Origin: Squalus acanthias | Lineage: Eukaryota | NCBI GenBank assembly: GCA_030390025.1 | Contig: CM059425.1 | Location: 172,052,001-172,112,000 of the forward strand | Reading direction: 5' to 3' | Length of the DNA: 60,000 nucleotides | In this document: one piece after another, positions 49,191-60,000 of the stretch | Layout: every line of letters begins with the position of its first letter | Position numbering within the stretch: position 1 is the first letter of the stretch | The notes under the pieces: model-generated | What the model saw: the letters and a program-made list of their open reading frames with translations, nothing else | Databases searched by the model: none | What the model was told of the DNA's origin: nothing | Program-made: the position numbers and the translations under genes

Positions 49191-50380
49191 TGAGTGTTTC
49201 CCAGGTCAGAATCAGTTGTAGAACGACTTCCAGCACCTGCTCCAGCCACAATGCACCTCCCCTTTAAGAGGTGCAGGCTGGCTTTGAGCAGTGCAGGCTA
49301 GCTTTAACTGGTGCTAGCTTCTACAATTTTGGCCCCCTGCTGATGCATGCAGCCAATGAACAGCATGGTAAGCACTGGCTGCATGGAGAAATCATGTAAA
49401 TGAGCAGGCAGCACGAAGTTGGCGTGCTGCCTGTATTACACTGAACACGCACTGGTTAATCGCGCATTACGATCCCTGTGTCCGTTTTCGTTATAGAATT
49501 TAGCCCCCACTATCTTCTACTATTGTGGTCTCACCTATCAAAGTTCACAAAACTGTTTTGCTCTTCTCCTCCACATCCCCGCCCCCCGCCGCTCCAAAAT
49601 ACCTCGCAATCACACTGCAGAAAAAGTATTGTTTCTCCAAGATACAGTCACCATGACAGTTCAAGACCAACCCACTAGAAACTCCTGAAATAAAATTTAT
49701 TATATAATTAAAAGTATAGATTCTGCATTTTTATCCTTTAACAGTTTGCCACAGTTTGGATAAAAAGAACTTACTAAAGTTCACAAAAGGAATACAAAAT
49801 TACAATCAGAAAAAGAAATGCAAACAGATAAATTACTCACTATATATTGCACAGTCACTATGCATCTCTCTCAAAATGTAAACTACCATTTATAGCTCCT
49901 TTGTGATTACAGAAACCATATTAAACATCCTCTGTCAAAACACACTCCTCTCTAAATTTGGATTTTTATGTATCCCCAAGGACAGTTAGTCTCTACTGTA
50001 TTTAATGAGGCTTCTGAAACTGGGTGAGCCTATTGTATAAATAGGGTGACGATAAGAACCTGCATTCTATGTATTGCACAAGTCAATTCTTCCAGTCTGT
50101 TCTATATATAATTTAAATCAGCTGTTTGAATTTTTATAATTACACCCACTTTTTTGGCAATTTGCCTTGCATAGTTACAGCAAAACATGTAGAAACTTTA
50201 TCAACGCATTGGTGAACTGAGAACATGTTAGCCATGATTATAAACACAGGAGAAGGATAAAAAAACGACAACATAATAAAATCCTAATAATTTGTCGGCA
50301 GATTGCATCAGACTGTTTTACAGACTGTTTGTTACAATGACTTAAGTGGAAGGAAATAAATTCAATTTTATCTTACTTAC

Positions 50381-50493
50381 TATTTTGGTTCAGCCCGTCG
50401 TCTCGCTGGTTCAATGTGCAGATAAATGTAAACAATGAACACTAAATCAACTCCTCCCACAGGCCGAGTGGTAGCGATGACAGGTGCCATTGC
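50381..50493 (-). other. Candidate exon of a minus-strand host transcript
   Basis: Acceptor ctctctctctgcatttgtcAG and donor ta|GTAAGT, in non-repetitive DNA. Confidence 0.45.
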
Positions 50494-50977
50494 CTGACAA
50501 ATGCAGAGAGAGAGAGCTCTATTCAATACTGTTCATTTTTGTTCACTGAATTACCAATCCAAAAGCTTAACACTGCAAATGGTAATATCAATTAGGAAAA
50601 TTCAGACCTGTGTTCTCAGACAGAGCAAAATGCAGTTTGCCTTGCCACATGCAGGGCCTTTATATTTGTGAAATCTGTATCATTTTGGAGGTTCGGGGGA
50701 AATAGTAACATTAAGGCATTAGATAATCATAGAATTTACAGCACAGAAGGATACCATTCCGCTCATCATACCTGTGTAGTTTGTTAACTTTAGCTCTGTT
50801 TTACCAATTTTTTGCAAAAAATTAAAATTATCGTTTAACTAATCAGAAATCAAAATTAACTTTTCTGAGCGCTTGCCCTTATAGTTTTACTTGCCTGAAT
50901 GGTTTTTTTTCATCAGATTTTTCTGCCAAAATACAAGTGATATGGTGAGCAGAGAGATCGTGAAACATGAAGAGTGG

Positions 50978-51445
50978 GCATAGAATCATAGAACCGTTAC
51001 AGCACAGGAGGCCATTCAGCCTGTTGAGCCCGTGCCAGCTCTCTGCAAGAGCACTTCAGCTAGTCCCACTCCTCCGCCTTTTCTCCGTAGCCCTGCAAAT
51101 TTTTTTCTTTCAGGTACTTAGCCAATTCCCTTTTGAAAGCCACGATTGAATCTGCCTCCACCACCCTTTCAGGCATTGCATTCCAGATCCTAACCACTCG
51201 CTGCGTAAAAAAAGTTTTTCCTCATGTCGCCTTTGGTTCTTCTGCCAATGACCTTAAATCTGTGTCCTCTGGTTCTCGACCCTTCCGCCAATGGGAACAG
51301 TTTCTCTCTATCTACTCTGTCTCGACCCCTCATGATTTTGAACACCTCTATCAAATCTACTCTCAACCCTCTCTGCTCTCAGGAGAACAACCCCAGCTTC
51401 TCCAGTCTATCCACGGAACTGAAGTCCCTCATCCCTGGAACCATG
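50978..51445 (-). mobile_element. CR1 3' end fragment (same subfamily as 40160-40695)
   Basis: Reverse-complement similarity to 40230-40695; catagaatcatagaa tail. Confidence 0.88.
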
Positions 51446-52135
51446 TTCCATATATCCCTGGCATATGTTCCAATGACTCATAGAAAAAAATCATGCTGCT
51501 GCTAATGCTTTCCTGAAATTGTAAATTATTTAAATATTAAATTTGATGCCCGAGAGTCTACTGTGTAGAAGTATTAATGCAACATTCACTGGAAATCAAG
51601 GAAATTCAAAATCTGTGTTATGCTTTTGAGCACGCTAAACCTACAGTTGTTGATTTCAGATTAATGTACCAAGTTTGAACATAAAATAAAAAACAGAAAA
51701 TGCTGGAAATGTACAGCAGATAAATCAGGATCTGAAGAGAAGGACCATTCATTTGTGCTCGTCCCAGAATTTGTAGTTTTTCATTTTATCTCTGATTCAA
51801 GCCCAATTTATATTTAGGATGAATGCACAAAAATACTTATAATTCTTGGATGTATATTTTCACAACAGGCTTTCATCTGGAATCAACTACATTAAAGTAT
51901 AAATTAGTATAAATGAATTATGTTTTAGCCACCTCTAGTTGCTCTAAAATGCCCAATGACAAGTTGACGATCTGGCCTAATTTAAAAACTTACATATTTT
52001 GGTGTTTCTTTTAGTTCTTCTAAAGTTGAGTGGAACACTTTCTAACTTTTGACATCCAGTATCAGCAACTCGCAATCTGGTATATACAGGTTAGTTCTAA
52101 GTTAAGGCTTCCTCGCTTTAACCTCTAGCCACTCC

Positions 52136-52555
52136 AACAACAACTTGCATTTATATAGCACCTTTAATGTAGTAAAATGTCCCAAGGCGCTTCACAGGAG
52201 GATTATCAAATAAAATTTGACACCGAGCCACATAAGAAGATACTTGGTCAGATAAGTTTTAAGGAGCGTCTTAAAGGAGAAAGAGAGGTAGAAGGTGGAG
52301 AGGTTTAGGGAGGGAATTCCAGAGATTAGGGCCTCTGCAGCTGAAGGCACGACTGCCAATGGTGGAGCAATTAAAAGCGGGGCCAGAATTGGTGGAGTGC
52401 AAATATCTCAGAGGGTTGTAGGGCTGGAGGAGGTTACGGAGATAGGGAGGGGCTAGGCAATGGAGGGATTTGAAATAAAGCATAAGAATTTTAAAACGGA
52501 GGTGTTGCTCAACCGGGAGCCAATGTTGGTCAGCGATGGGTGAATGGGACTCACC
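52136..52555 (-). mobile_element. L2 LINE 3' fragment
   Basis: ORF 52271-52483 (GSRAFSCRGPNLWNSLP); tail caacaacaacttgcatttatatagc. Confidence 0.8.
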
Positions 52556-52684
52556 GCTGTATCAATGAGAATTCCTCTATTTTATGCACTAGCCATATTT
52601 ATGGGCTGTTTGAGTGAGGCTGCTAATTTAGTGCCAATTATTTCATGCTGAATTATAGACAGTTTTGCACTGTGAAAGAAAAAC

Positions 52685-53138
52685 AGGAAAGACTTGCATT
52701 TTTTAGCACCTTTAAAGTCCCAAAGCGCTTTACAGTTAATGAAGTACTTTTGAAGTGTAGTCACTGTTGTAATGTAGGAAACTCGGCAGCCAAATTTCAC
52801 ACAGCAAGCTCCCACAAGCAGCAATGTGATAATGACCAGATAATCTCTTTTAGGGATGTTGATTGAGGGCTAACTGTTGGCTGGGACACCGGGGATAACT
52901 TCCCTGCTCTTCTTCAAAACAGTGCCATGGGACCTTTTATGTCCACCTGAGAGGGCAGACAGGGACTTCTTGGAACATCTTATCTGAAAGACAGCACATC
53001 AGACAGTGCAGCACTCCCTCAGTTCTGACCTGGACTGTCAGTCTAGACTTTTGTTCTCAAGTCTCTGGAGTGGAATTTGAACCGACAACCTTCTGACTCA
53101 AGAGGCGAGAGTGCTACCCACTGAGCCACAGTTGACAC
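52685..53138 (-). mobile_element. Full-length DeuSINE (SacSINE1-like)
   Basis: Collinear with 44852-45292. Confidence 0.88.
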
Positions 53139-53286
53139 ATGGACCTACATCCATAAGAAACTGAGCTGAAACTTGCAATACTCATTTCACCCTGAACCAC
53201 TACACTCAACAGAGAAGACATCATTCTATCAGTTTGGATAGATTGATCCTAAATCCCAAAAGTGAAACAAGAATTTTTCAACTTAC

Positions 53287-53368
53287 CGAGCCACCATAGT
53301 CTCTGTTTTAAATAATTTTGAACTTTAATGTTATATTTGTTGTTGAAGTAGAAACATAGCTATTTGTT
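53287..53368 (-). other. Candidate exon of a minus-strand host transcript
   Basis: Branch-like cactgat, acceptor ttatttattttgtattttAG, donor cg|GTAAGT. Confidence 0.45.
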
Positions 53369-54824
53369 CTAAAATACAAAATAAATAATCAGTGACTTAT
53401 AACAAAGCATATCTCTGAAACTGACATTAGCAAACAAAAATGTATTGCCTACAACAACAGCTGAACTATTAAACAACCATTTTCCTACTCCAGTGAGCAG
53501 TTGAGCTGTACAGATTTCGTCCTTGGACTTAGTGAATTAGCTGGTCTCAGGCAGAATGGCAGTCGTAGCACTATATCTGGTCTCAGCACCCTGGCAAGGG
53601 ACGGTCATGGGTTCCACACCTGATTATTAACTAGTTGTGTACATGATCGGGCTTGATTGTCATTTCCTCCTCCTTTATTCTCCCCACCACAGTATCCAAC
53701 TGTTAGTGTCAAATTTTATTATCTGCATGTATGAAAAAACTAATTCATTTGGACATCCCTTTTCATGATTGTATGTTTAAATGAGGACCAACTTTATTCA
53801 TGTTAAATTAAACATCTACAATTATGAACAAAGAAAATATTACAGATTTAAGGCATATTGATGTTTTTGTTAGCCAGATATAAATATAGATTTGGTCCAT
53901 TTTAGCTCATCCCAAGTGTAAAAGAAATAATATTTCTTCCATCATATTCTCCAACTGTATCTTGAATGGATCTAAGTTTTTCGCCTCCAGAGCCCTGCCC
54001 AAAACACCATTCCAAGTTTTGATCACTCTGCGTTAAGTTCTTCTTGCCATTTGTCCTAAATTCTCCTTTCACCAGTTTTAGCGTATTCAACAACTTGAAC
54101 TTATATAGCATCTTTAATATAAAAAATGTCCCAAGGTGCTCCTCAGATAGATGTAAACAGATGCCAAGCCAGGAAGACAGAGATTCGGAGGGGTGACTTA
54201 AAGCTTGGCCCAAGAGATGAATTTCTCAAAGGTTTTTAAGAGAAAGATGGAGAGGTTTAGGGAAGGTTTTCCAGACATGAGGATCCAGGATACTCAAGGC
54301 TCTACCACGAATGGTGGATCAGGGGTGAAGACTGCACAAAAATCCAGAGTCAGAGAACAGGGCAATGAATGAGCAGGACAACACCTCTACCATCAGCCTA
54401 CCTTAATTTACCTTATCCATGCCACTGAATATCGTGTACATGTCTATAAGGTCGCCTCTCGGTCTAAAAAGCCTGTTTCCCCCTCTGTCATTCTTTGTCA
54501 TTTAACCTTTGATGACAGGGATCAGTCTTGATGCTCTTCACTGCACTGCATCCGTAGTTTGAATGTTTTCTTTGTTATCAAAATGGAACACAGTGCTCAA
54601 TGTGTGGTATACTCAACTGAACGAGCAATAAAATTTAGTACTGCAAGGTTTTGTGTATTACTATTCCACAGTGATTGACATGCTAAGTGTCAAATGTACT
54701 CACACTCCCAGATCCCTTTCCAATCTCCTTTAGCTATTTCTACGCCATTCCTAGAATATTTATGATGCCCACTTTTCTTGCAATACATAATACCTTGAGT
54801 TCTCTGTATAGATTTGCCCATTTG

Positions 54825-55145
54825 TCCGTCTTTCGGATGAGACGTTAAACCGAGACCCCATCTGCTCTCAGGTGAAAGATCCCATGGCACTATTTCGAAG
54901 AACAGCAGGAGAGTTATCCCCGGTGTCCTGGCCAATATTTATCTCTCAATCAACATAACAAAAACAGATTATCTGGTCATTATCACATTGCTGTTTGTGG
55001 GAGCTTGCTGTGTGCAAATTGGCTGCCGCGTTCCCTACATTACAACAGTGACTGCACTCCAGAAAGTACTTTATTGGCTGTAAAGCGCTTTGAGACGTCC
55101 GGTGGTCGTGAAAGGCGCTATATAAATGCAAGTCTTTCTTTCTTT
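54825..55145 (+). mobile_element. 5'-truncated DeuSINE
   Basis: Deu core and tail aaggcgctatataaatgcaagtc. Confidence 0.85.
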
Positions 55146-55929
55146 TTGTAGATTTTATCCTTGGCTGTTCTCCCAAGTTTAATGCCACTGCCACCCTAAT
55201 ATCATTGACCCAACAGCGTTCTCCCCTTCATCCAATTCCTTATCAACATCCAGGTTTTACCTTCAATTCCCACTGTTTTCAGTTTCAATCCTTTGAAAGG
55301 AATTTAATTAAAGGCTTCTTGCAAATGTAGGAACACCACATCATAGTTCACACCATCCCCTCACATAACTTCCTCAAAAAAGTCAGGCATAATTTTCTTT
55401 TAAATCCATGTTGGTTGTTATTTGCTAGATTATTTTCATACAGGTGTGTTTGCTGCTGATAATCAATTGAATTATTTCACCAAACGTTGATGGGCCTGCA
55501 ATTATTTGAGCTAGTTTTATCCTTTTTCTTAAAAATGGGCACTACATTGCTTGTTTCCAATCTATTGAGCTTTGCTTTTGATTAAAGGCTTGGTTATATT
55601 AATACCTATTTATATTATTACTTGAACAAGTCCCAAGTCAATAAATAAATTGTAAACACTGGAAATACACAGCAAGTCAGTCATCATTCGTAACAAAAAG
55701 TACAGAAAAAGCCTAGCTCGGCCAGCAAGCTGGTCTCATTCTGACATGATGCAAGCTCTACACACCATCAATCGCAACCCAACTCCTACGTCAGACGCAC
55801 AATCTCCTGAGCAAGATAAAACCTGAGTCCAATGTAGGGAAAAGTTCTGGGAAATTCCTCTCTTGCTCTTGAAGGCGAGCAAACAAGCTCAAGGAAACCA
55901 CAGTGATTAGCATCACTAGTTTCTGGCCT

Positions 55930-56195
55930 CTTGCGCATCTCCCACTTCCTTTGCCCCACCATTGGTGACTGTGCCTTCAGCTGTCCAGGCCCTATACTCT
56001 GGAATTCTCTTCCAAAACCTCTGCCTCTCCACCGTTATGACGCTCCTTAAAATCTACCTCTTTGACCAAGCCGTTGGGCACTTGCCCCAATATCTCATTA
56101 TTTGGCTCACTGTCAATTTTCGTCTGATTATGTTCCTGTGAAGCGCCTTGGGATGTTCTACGACGTTAAAAGCGCTGTATAAATGCAAGTTGTTG
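55930..56195 (+). mobile_element. L2 LINE 3' fragment
   Basis: AFS...LWNSLP-like remnant and tail ataaatgcaagttgttg. Confidence 0.75.
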
Positions 56196-56279
56196 TTTCC
56201 AGTTTATACTGTCCAAACATAAATTGTTAAAGAATAAGAACTGGCCGAAGTGTTGGGTAATTTTTTTTTTAAAGCCTTA

Positions 56280-57200
56280 AATTCGGGCCCCGCTTCGCAA
56301 CCACAGCCTCGTCAGAAATCATCCTCATTTCTCCATTTTGGTGGCAATTCACCCTCTACCAATCAGAAGACAGAGTGAAAGCACGTGGCAGCGGCGCGCG
56401 ACAGGATTTCCACTTGGTTCTCGGCCCTACGACGCATGTGCAAACCACAAGCCAAAGGCAGAAGAAAGCACAACCCCGGCAGCCCAGCCCAGAGCACGGT
56501 GCGTAGGTTGCGGGGTGTGGCGCTGTGCAGACAATACGCGGAGTCGATAGTTTGACTATTATGTCCTGCTTTTTGCACGTTTTCGTCTGCAAATACAACA
56601 GCTCGCGAGATGCACTTGCGACAAGATTACCCAAAGGAGGAAGAAAATATGAGCCGCTTAGGGACCCGTTACAAGTCAACGGAGCCCAACGACATTCGCG
56701 CACGCGCACTGGCATTCGCCATCGACCAGGCGCATGCTCAGTTTTGAGTGCGACCCAGCTGGAACTCTCCCAGCAGGCCCTGCGCGATCCGCGCATGCGT
56801 GAAGTCTGGGAACGGTTGTCCTCGACGGGCGAGTGTTAAAAGTTAAAAAGTGCAGCGGTGGGAGGCTTGATCAATGTTTCCGGTTCGGGGTCTAATCTGC
56901 GGTTACTCAGCATTCCCGGGGCGCGATTTCTCCACTTCACACTGTTACTGACGAGGTAGGCAAACCTTGGTCTGTGTGCAGAACGGCAGACAAGCCCGGC
57001 TGATTAATTCGAGGGATCGCCCTCCTCGTCCCAGCCCCGGCGGGGCCACCCCGGCGCACCTACAGCTAGAGAGCTCTCGTATCGGTGAAATGATCAGTAA
57101 CCGTACAGGGATAACTCTCGTCTGTTTGCCCGACCCAGCCTCTGTTTCGTATCCTGTGATGTGCCGCAGTACATCAGTTATTTGGCCTGACGGCGATTGA
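56280..57200. promoter_or_regulatory. CpG-island promoter, probably bidirectional
   Basis: High CpG density with no TE hallmarks. CCAAT at 56359; GCTCGCGAGA at 56601; ZNF143-like ctcccagcaggccctgcg at about 56767; NRF1-like GCGCATGCG at 56791; ETS-like ttccgg at about 56878; + strand donor gag|GTAGGC at 56956. Confidence 0.75.
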
Positions 57201-58284
57201 CTGCTGCTTGTTTATTTGCAGTCACAACCTGCAACTTTATGCTTGTCTTTACTTGTAACTTAATAATTTCGATGAGACGCAGAATCGTCTATTATAGCAG
57301 GTTATCGGTGCAGCTGGTCTTTTATTTGAGCAGATGGTGGACTATTCACTTGAAAAGTAAAAAGTCAATTTGATATTGTGTATAGAATATGTCGAGGAAT
57401 CCCCTACTTAGTATTTGCTTATCATACCTTGATTGTTTTGTTTTTAACCATACGAACTAAATAGTTAACCGAAAAATTACCGGTAAAGCCACTGTGTTGG
57501 AGTAACAGTGAATATGATGCTTGCACAGTAACTACTGTATCTTTGCCGCTTTTTAAGAAGTTTAATGGTGTTTTAAAAATAAGATGCCGTTTTTGCAATA
57601 GATTTAACGGAGCTGTTGAGAAAGTCGAATTGACTTAGTGTCCCCAATAGTTATAATGCAGAGTGTTTGCGAATGGGTTGGGTATGTTTTATTTTGTAAT
57701 AAGTACAGATTAATGTTGTGGAGAAATGTGTCGTAATTTAGTGTAAAACCATTGCCACATTCCCCTCTCATACAGAACATAGTACTGGACTGATATCAAT
57801 TGGTGGAAGTAGATGGAACATTTAAACTTGAAAGCTAACTTACTAATGGAAAACACTATTTATATACAATATATTAAACATATTAAGATGACATATCCTG
57901 CTTGTTTTCTAAAAAACAACTTGCCTTTGTTGTCAGCATTTCTCATTCTATATTACCGTGTTCATATTTGTAATAGAAACTGCTTCTGTAAACTTATGTT
58001 GTATTTGTATTTGTATTTGCCAAGTAGTGGTGGCTGTGCAGTGCCTTGTTTTTGTTTCCCAGCTCTTGTGCCCAACCAACTCCGCTTGTCAAGTTGCTAT
58101 AAATTTCCTGTTTAATAAATTATTGTATAAAATCGAAGATTCTGTCTTATGTCACTTTAAAATGGGTACTGAATTAAATCTGCATGTCCTGGTCCAGTTA
58201 TTTTCTATCCTCTATCTCCACTTAACTACATAAAGTGCCTATAATACAGCTTTTAGATTGCTTAAACTTTATCTACAATGACCA

Positions 58285-59440
58285 AAAACTTGCATTTATA
58301 TGGCTTCTTTAACAGAGAAAATACACCCCAAGGCATTTGAGGTGCAAGGGGAAAAAATGGATGTTGTTCCCGAGTGGGGGGGGTGGGGGTGGGGGTGGGG
58401 GGGGCGGGGGGTGGTGCTCACTAAAAGCTTGATCTAAGAGGTGGGCTTTACAGTGGAGATATGAGTCTGAGAATTTAAATTGGAGGTGTTTTGGGGGCAG
58501 GAGCCAATGTAGATCAGCAAGGATAGGAGTGGTGAGTGAGTGGTGGGTGAGCTTAAGTTTATGCAAGGTGGAGAATAGGAGGCCAGCCAGTCAAGTCTGG
58601 CAGTGACAAAGGTATAGATGCTGGTTTCAGCAGCAGATATGCTGATGATGTGGGTATTGTTGCGCTGTTGGAAGTCGTCGGATTTTGCAATAGACAGAAT
58701 ATGGACTTGGAATATCAGTTCGTGGTCAAATAGGGCACTGAGGTTTCAAACAGTCTGGTTTAACCTGAGACAATGGCTGGGGAGGGGGTTGGAATCTGTG
58801 GCAAGGGGGCTCAAGATGTCTTCCTAATGTTTAACTGGAGGAAATGGCGACTCATCCAATACTGGATGTTTCTACAAGCAGTCTGACAACAAAGAGGCAG
58901 TAAAGGGGTCTAGGCAGATGGTGGCAAATTGGAGCTGGTTGTCGTCGGAAGCTTGCCCTATGTCTTTGGATGATGCCACTAAAGGACAACATGTAAATGA
59001 GTAAGAGGAAGGGGCCAAGTCTAGACCCTTCTGGGACTGCAGAGGTCATGATGTAGTGGTGTGAAGAGAAGCCATTTTTGGAGATGCTCTGGCTACGGTT
59101 GGGTAGGTAAAAATGTAACAGTGAGGGCAGCCCCACAGGGTTGGCCAACTGAGAGGTATTGAAGGAGGATGGTGGACCGTGTCTAAGGCTGCAGAGAGGA
59201 TGAAAAGGGTGAGGTGTTAAATGCACCATGGTCATAGTTATGGGAATGTCATTTATCACTGATTAGGGATACAGTGCTATGGCAGGGGCGGAAACCTGAT
59301 TAATGCTGTTTTGGGAAAGATGGGCATCAATTTGGGGGATGGCAAGATGTTCAAGGACTTTGGAGAGGAAAGGGAGTTTGGAGCTGGGGCAGTAGTTTCC
59401 AAGAACAGTGGGGTCAAGGATGTTTTTTTTGTTGAATAGG
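58285..59440 (-). mobile_element. Degenerate L2 LINE
   Basis: TPILADLHWL; YLPNRSQ...VPEGSRLGPFLLLIY; L2 tail aacttgcatttata. Confidence 0.75.
58375..58413 (+). repeat. G-rich simple repeat (potential G-quadruplex)
   Basis: Repeated G5-G8 runs separated by a single T or C. Confidence 0.8.
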
Positions 59441-59512
59441 GGGCCCTCACTCTGCTTTGCTAAAACTGCTCACTACTCCAGGATCTTCTTCAGGACTCAA
59501 TACCTCCTTCAA

Positions 59513-59726
59513 ACAAAAACACAAAATGCTGGAAATACTCAGCAGGTCAGGCAGCATCTATGTAGAGAGAAACAGAGTTAACGTTTCAGGTCGATGACCT
59601 TTCGACAGAACTGAAATGTTAACTCTGTTTCTCTCTCCACAGGTGTTGCCTGATTTGCTGAGTCTTTCCAGCATTTTGTGTTTTTGTTTCAGGTTTCCAG
59701 CATCTGCAGTATTTTACTTTTTGTTT
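59513..59726. mobile_element. Penelope pseudo-LTR fold-back with a mutated hammerhead motif (59576-59612, minus strand)
   Basis: 59611-59690 is the reverse complement of 59513-59588; the core reads CUGUCGA. Confidence 0.8.
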
Positions 59727-59789
59727 TTCCTTAAAACCTCCTCCTAAAAAACTTCTCCTATGCCGCCTCCTATTTGACCCTGAGCTGAG

Positions 59790-60000
59790 TTTCTGACCCT
59801 ATATCCCATCCATTGCAAAGACTGACTATTTCCACCTTCGTAACACTGCCCACTTCTGCCCATCTGCTGCTGAAAACCTCATGCATGCTTTTGTTACCTC
59901 CAGTCTCGACTGGCTGGCCCGTTGTCCGTAAGCTTCAGCTCATCCAAAACTCTGCTGCCCCAATCCCATTGCGCACCAAGTCCCACTCTCCCATCATTCC
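59790..60000 (+). mobile_element. L2 LINE fragment
   Basis: HAFVTSSLD...KLQLIQNSAA motif. Confidence 0.7.

Larger units (their letters stand above)
45483..49508. mobile_element. Full-length, decayed autonomous PIF/Harbinger transposon (~4.0 kb)
   Basis: Imperfect TIRs GGGCGCAAAGTTC / GAATTTAGCCCCC; 3-bp TSD ACT on both sides; convergent transposase and Myb-like genes. Confidence 0.88.

Noticed and set aside
56338..57200. ORFs in the CpG island as protein-coding exons
   Set aside because: No recognisable protein features; typical of GC-rich promoter DNA.

Overview
This is eukaryotic, TE-dominated genomic DNA. The repeat content (abundant CR1 LINEs, SacSINE1-like DeuSINEs, Penelope, Harbinger) points to a cartilaginous fish (shark-like); that is an inference. 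No intact host protein-coding gene was recognised. The window holds many CR1 copies. One minus-strand CR1 (7760-19049) is split by two complete Ty3/Gypsy LTR retrotransposons: a Mag-like element with a YLDN RT motif and no tRNA primer-binding site, and a GC-rich, nearly intact CsRN1-clade element with a tRNA-Trp PBS and a single stop in a readthrough context. Penelope-like elements carry minimal hammerhead-ribozyme motifs (five copies, two families, some in inverted/fold-back arrangements). There is also a full-length decayed PIF/Harbinger transposon with related non-autonomous derivatives, hAT and Tc1/pogo MITEs, SINEs whose 3' tails match LINEs in the same window, and L2 and Tx1 remnants. 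A CpG-island promoter at about 56.3-57.2 kb looks bidirectional: it has a + strand first-exon donor and several candidate minus-strand exons. Boundaries of old, degenerate repeats are approximate.
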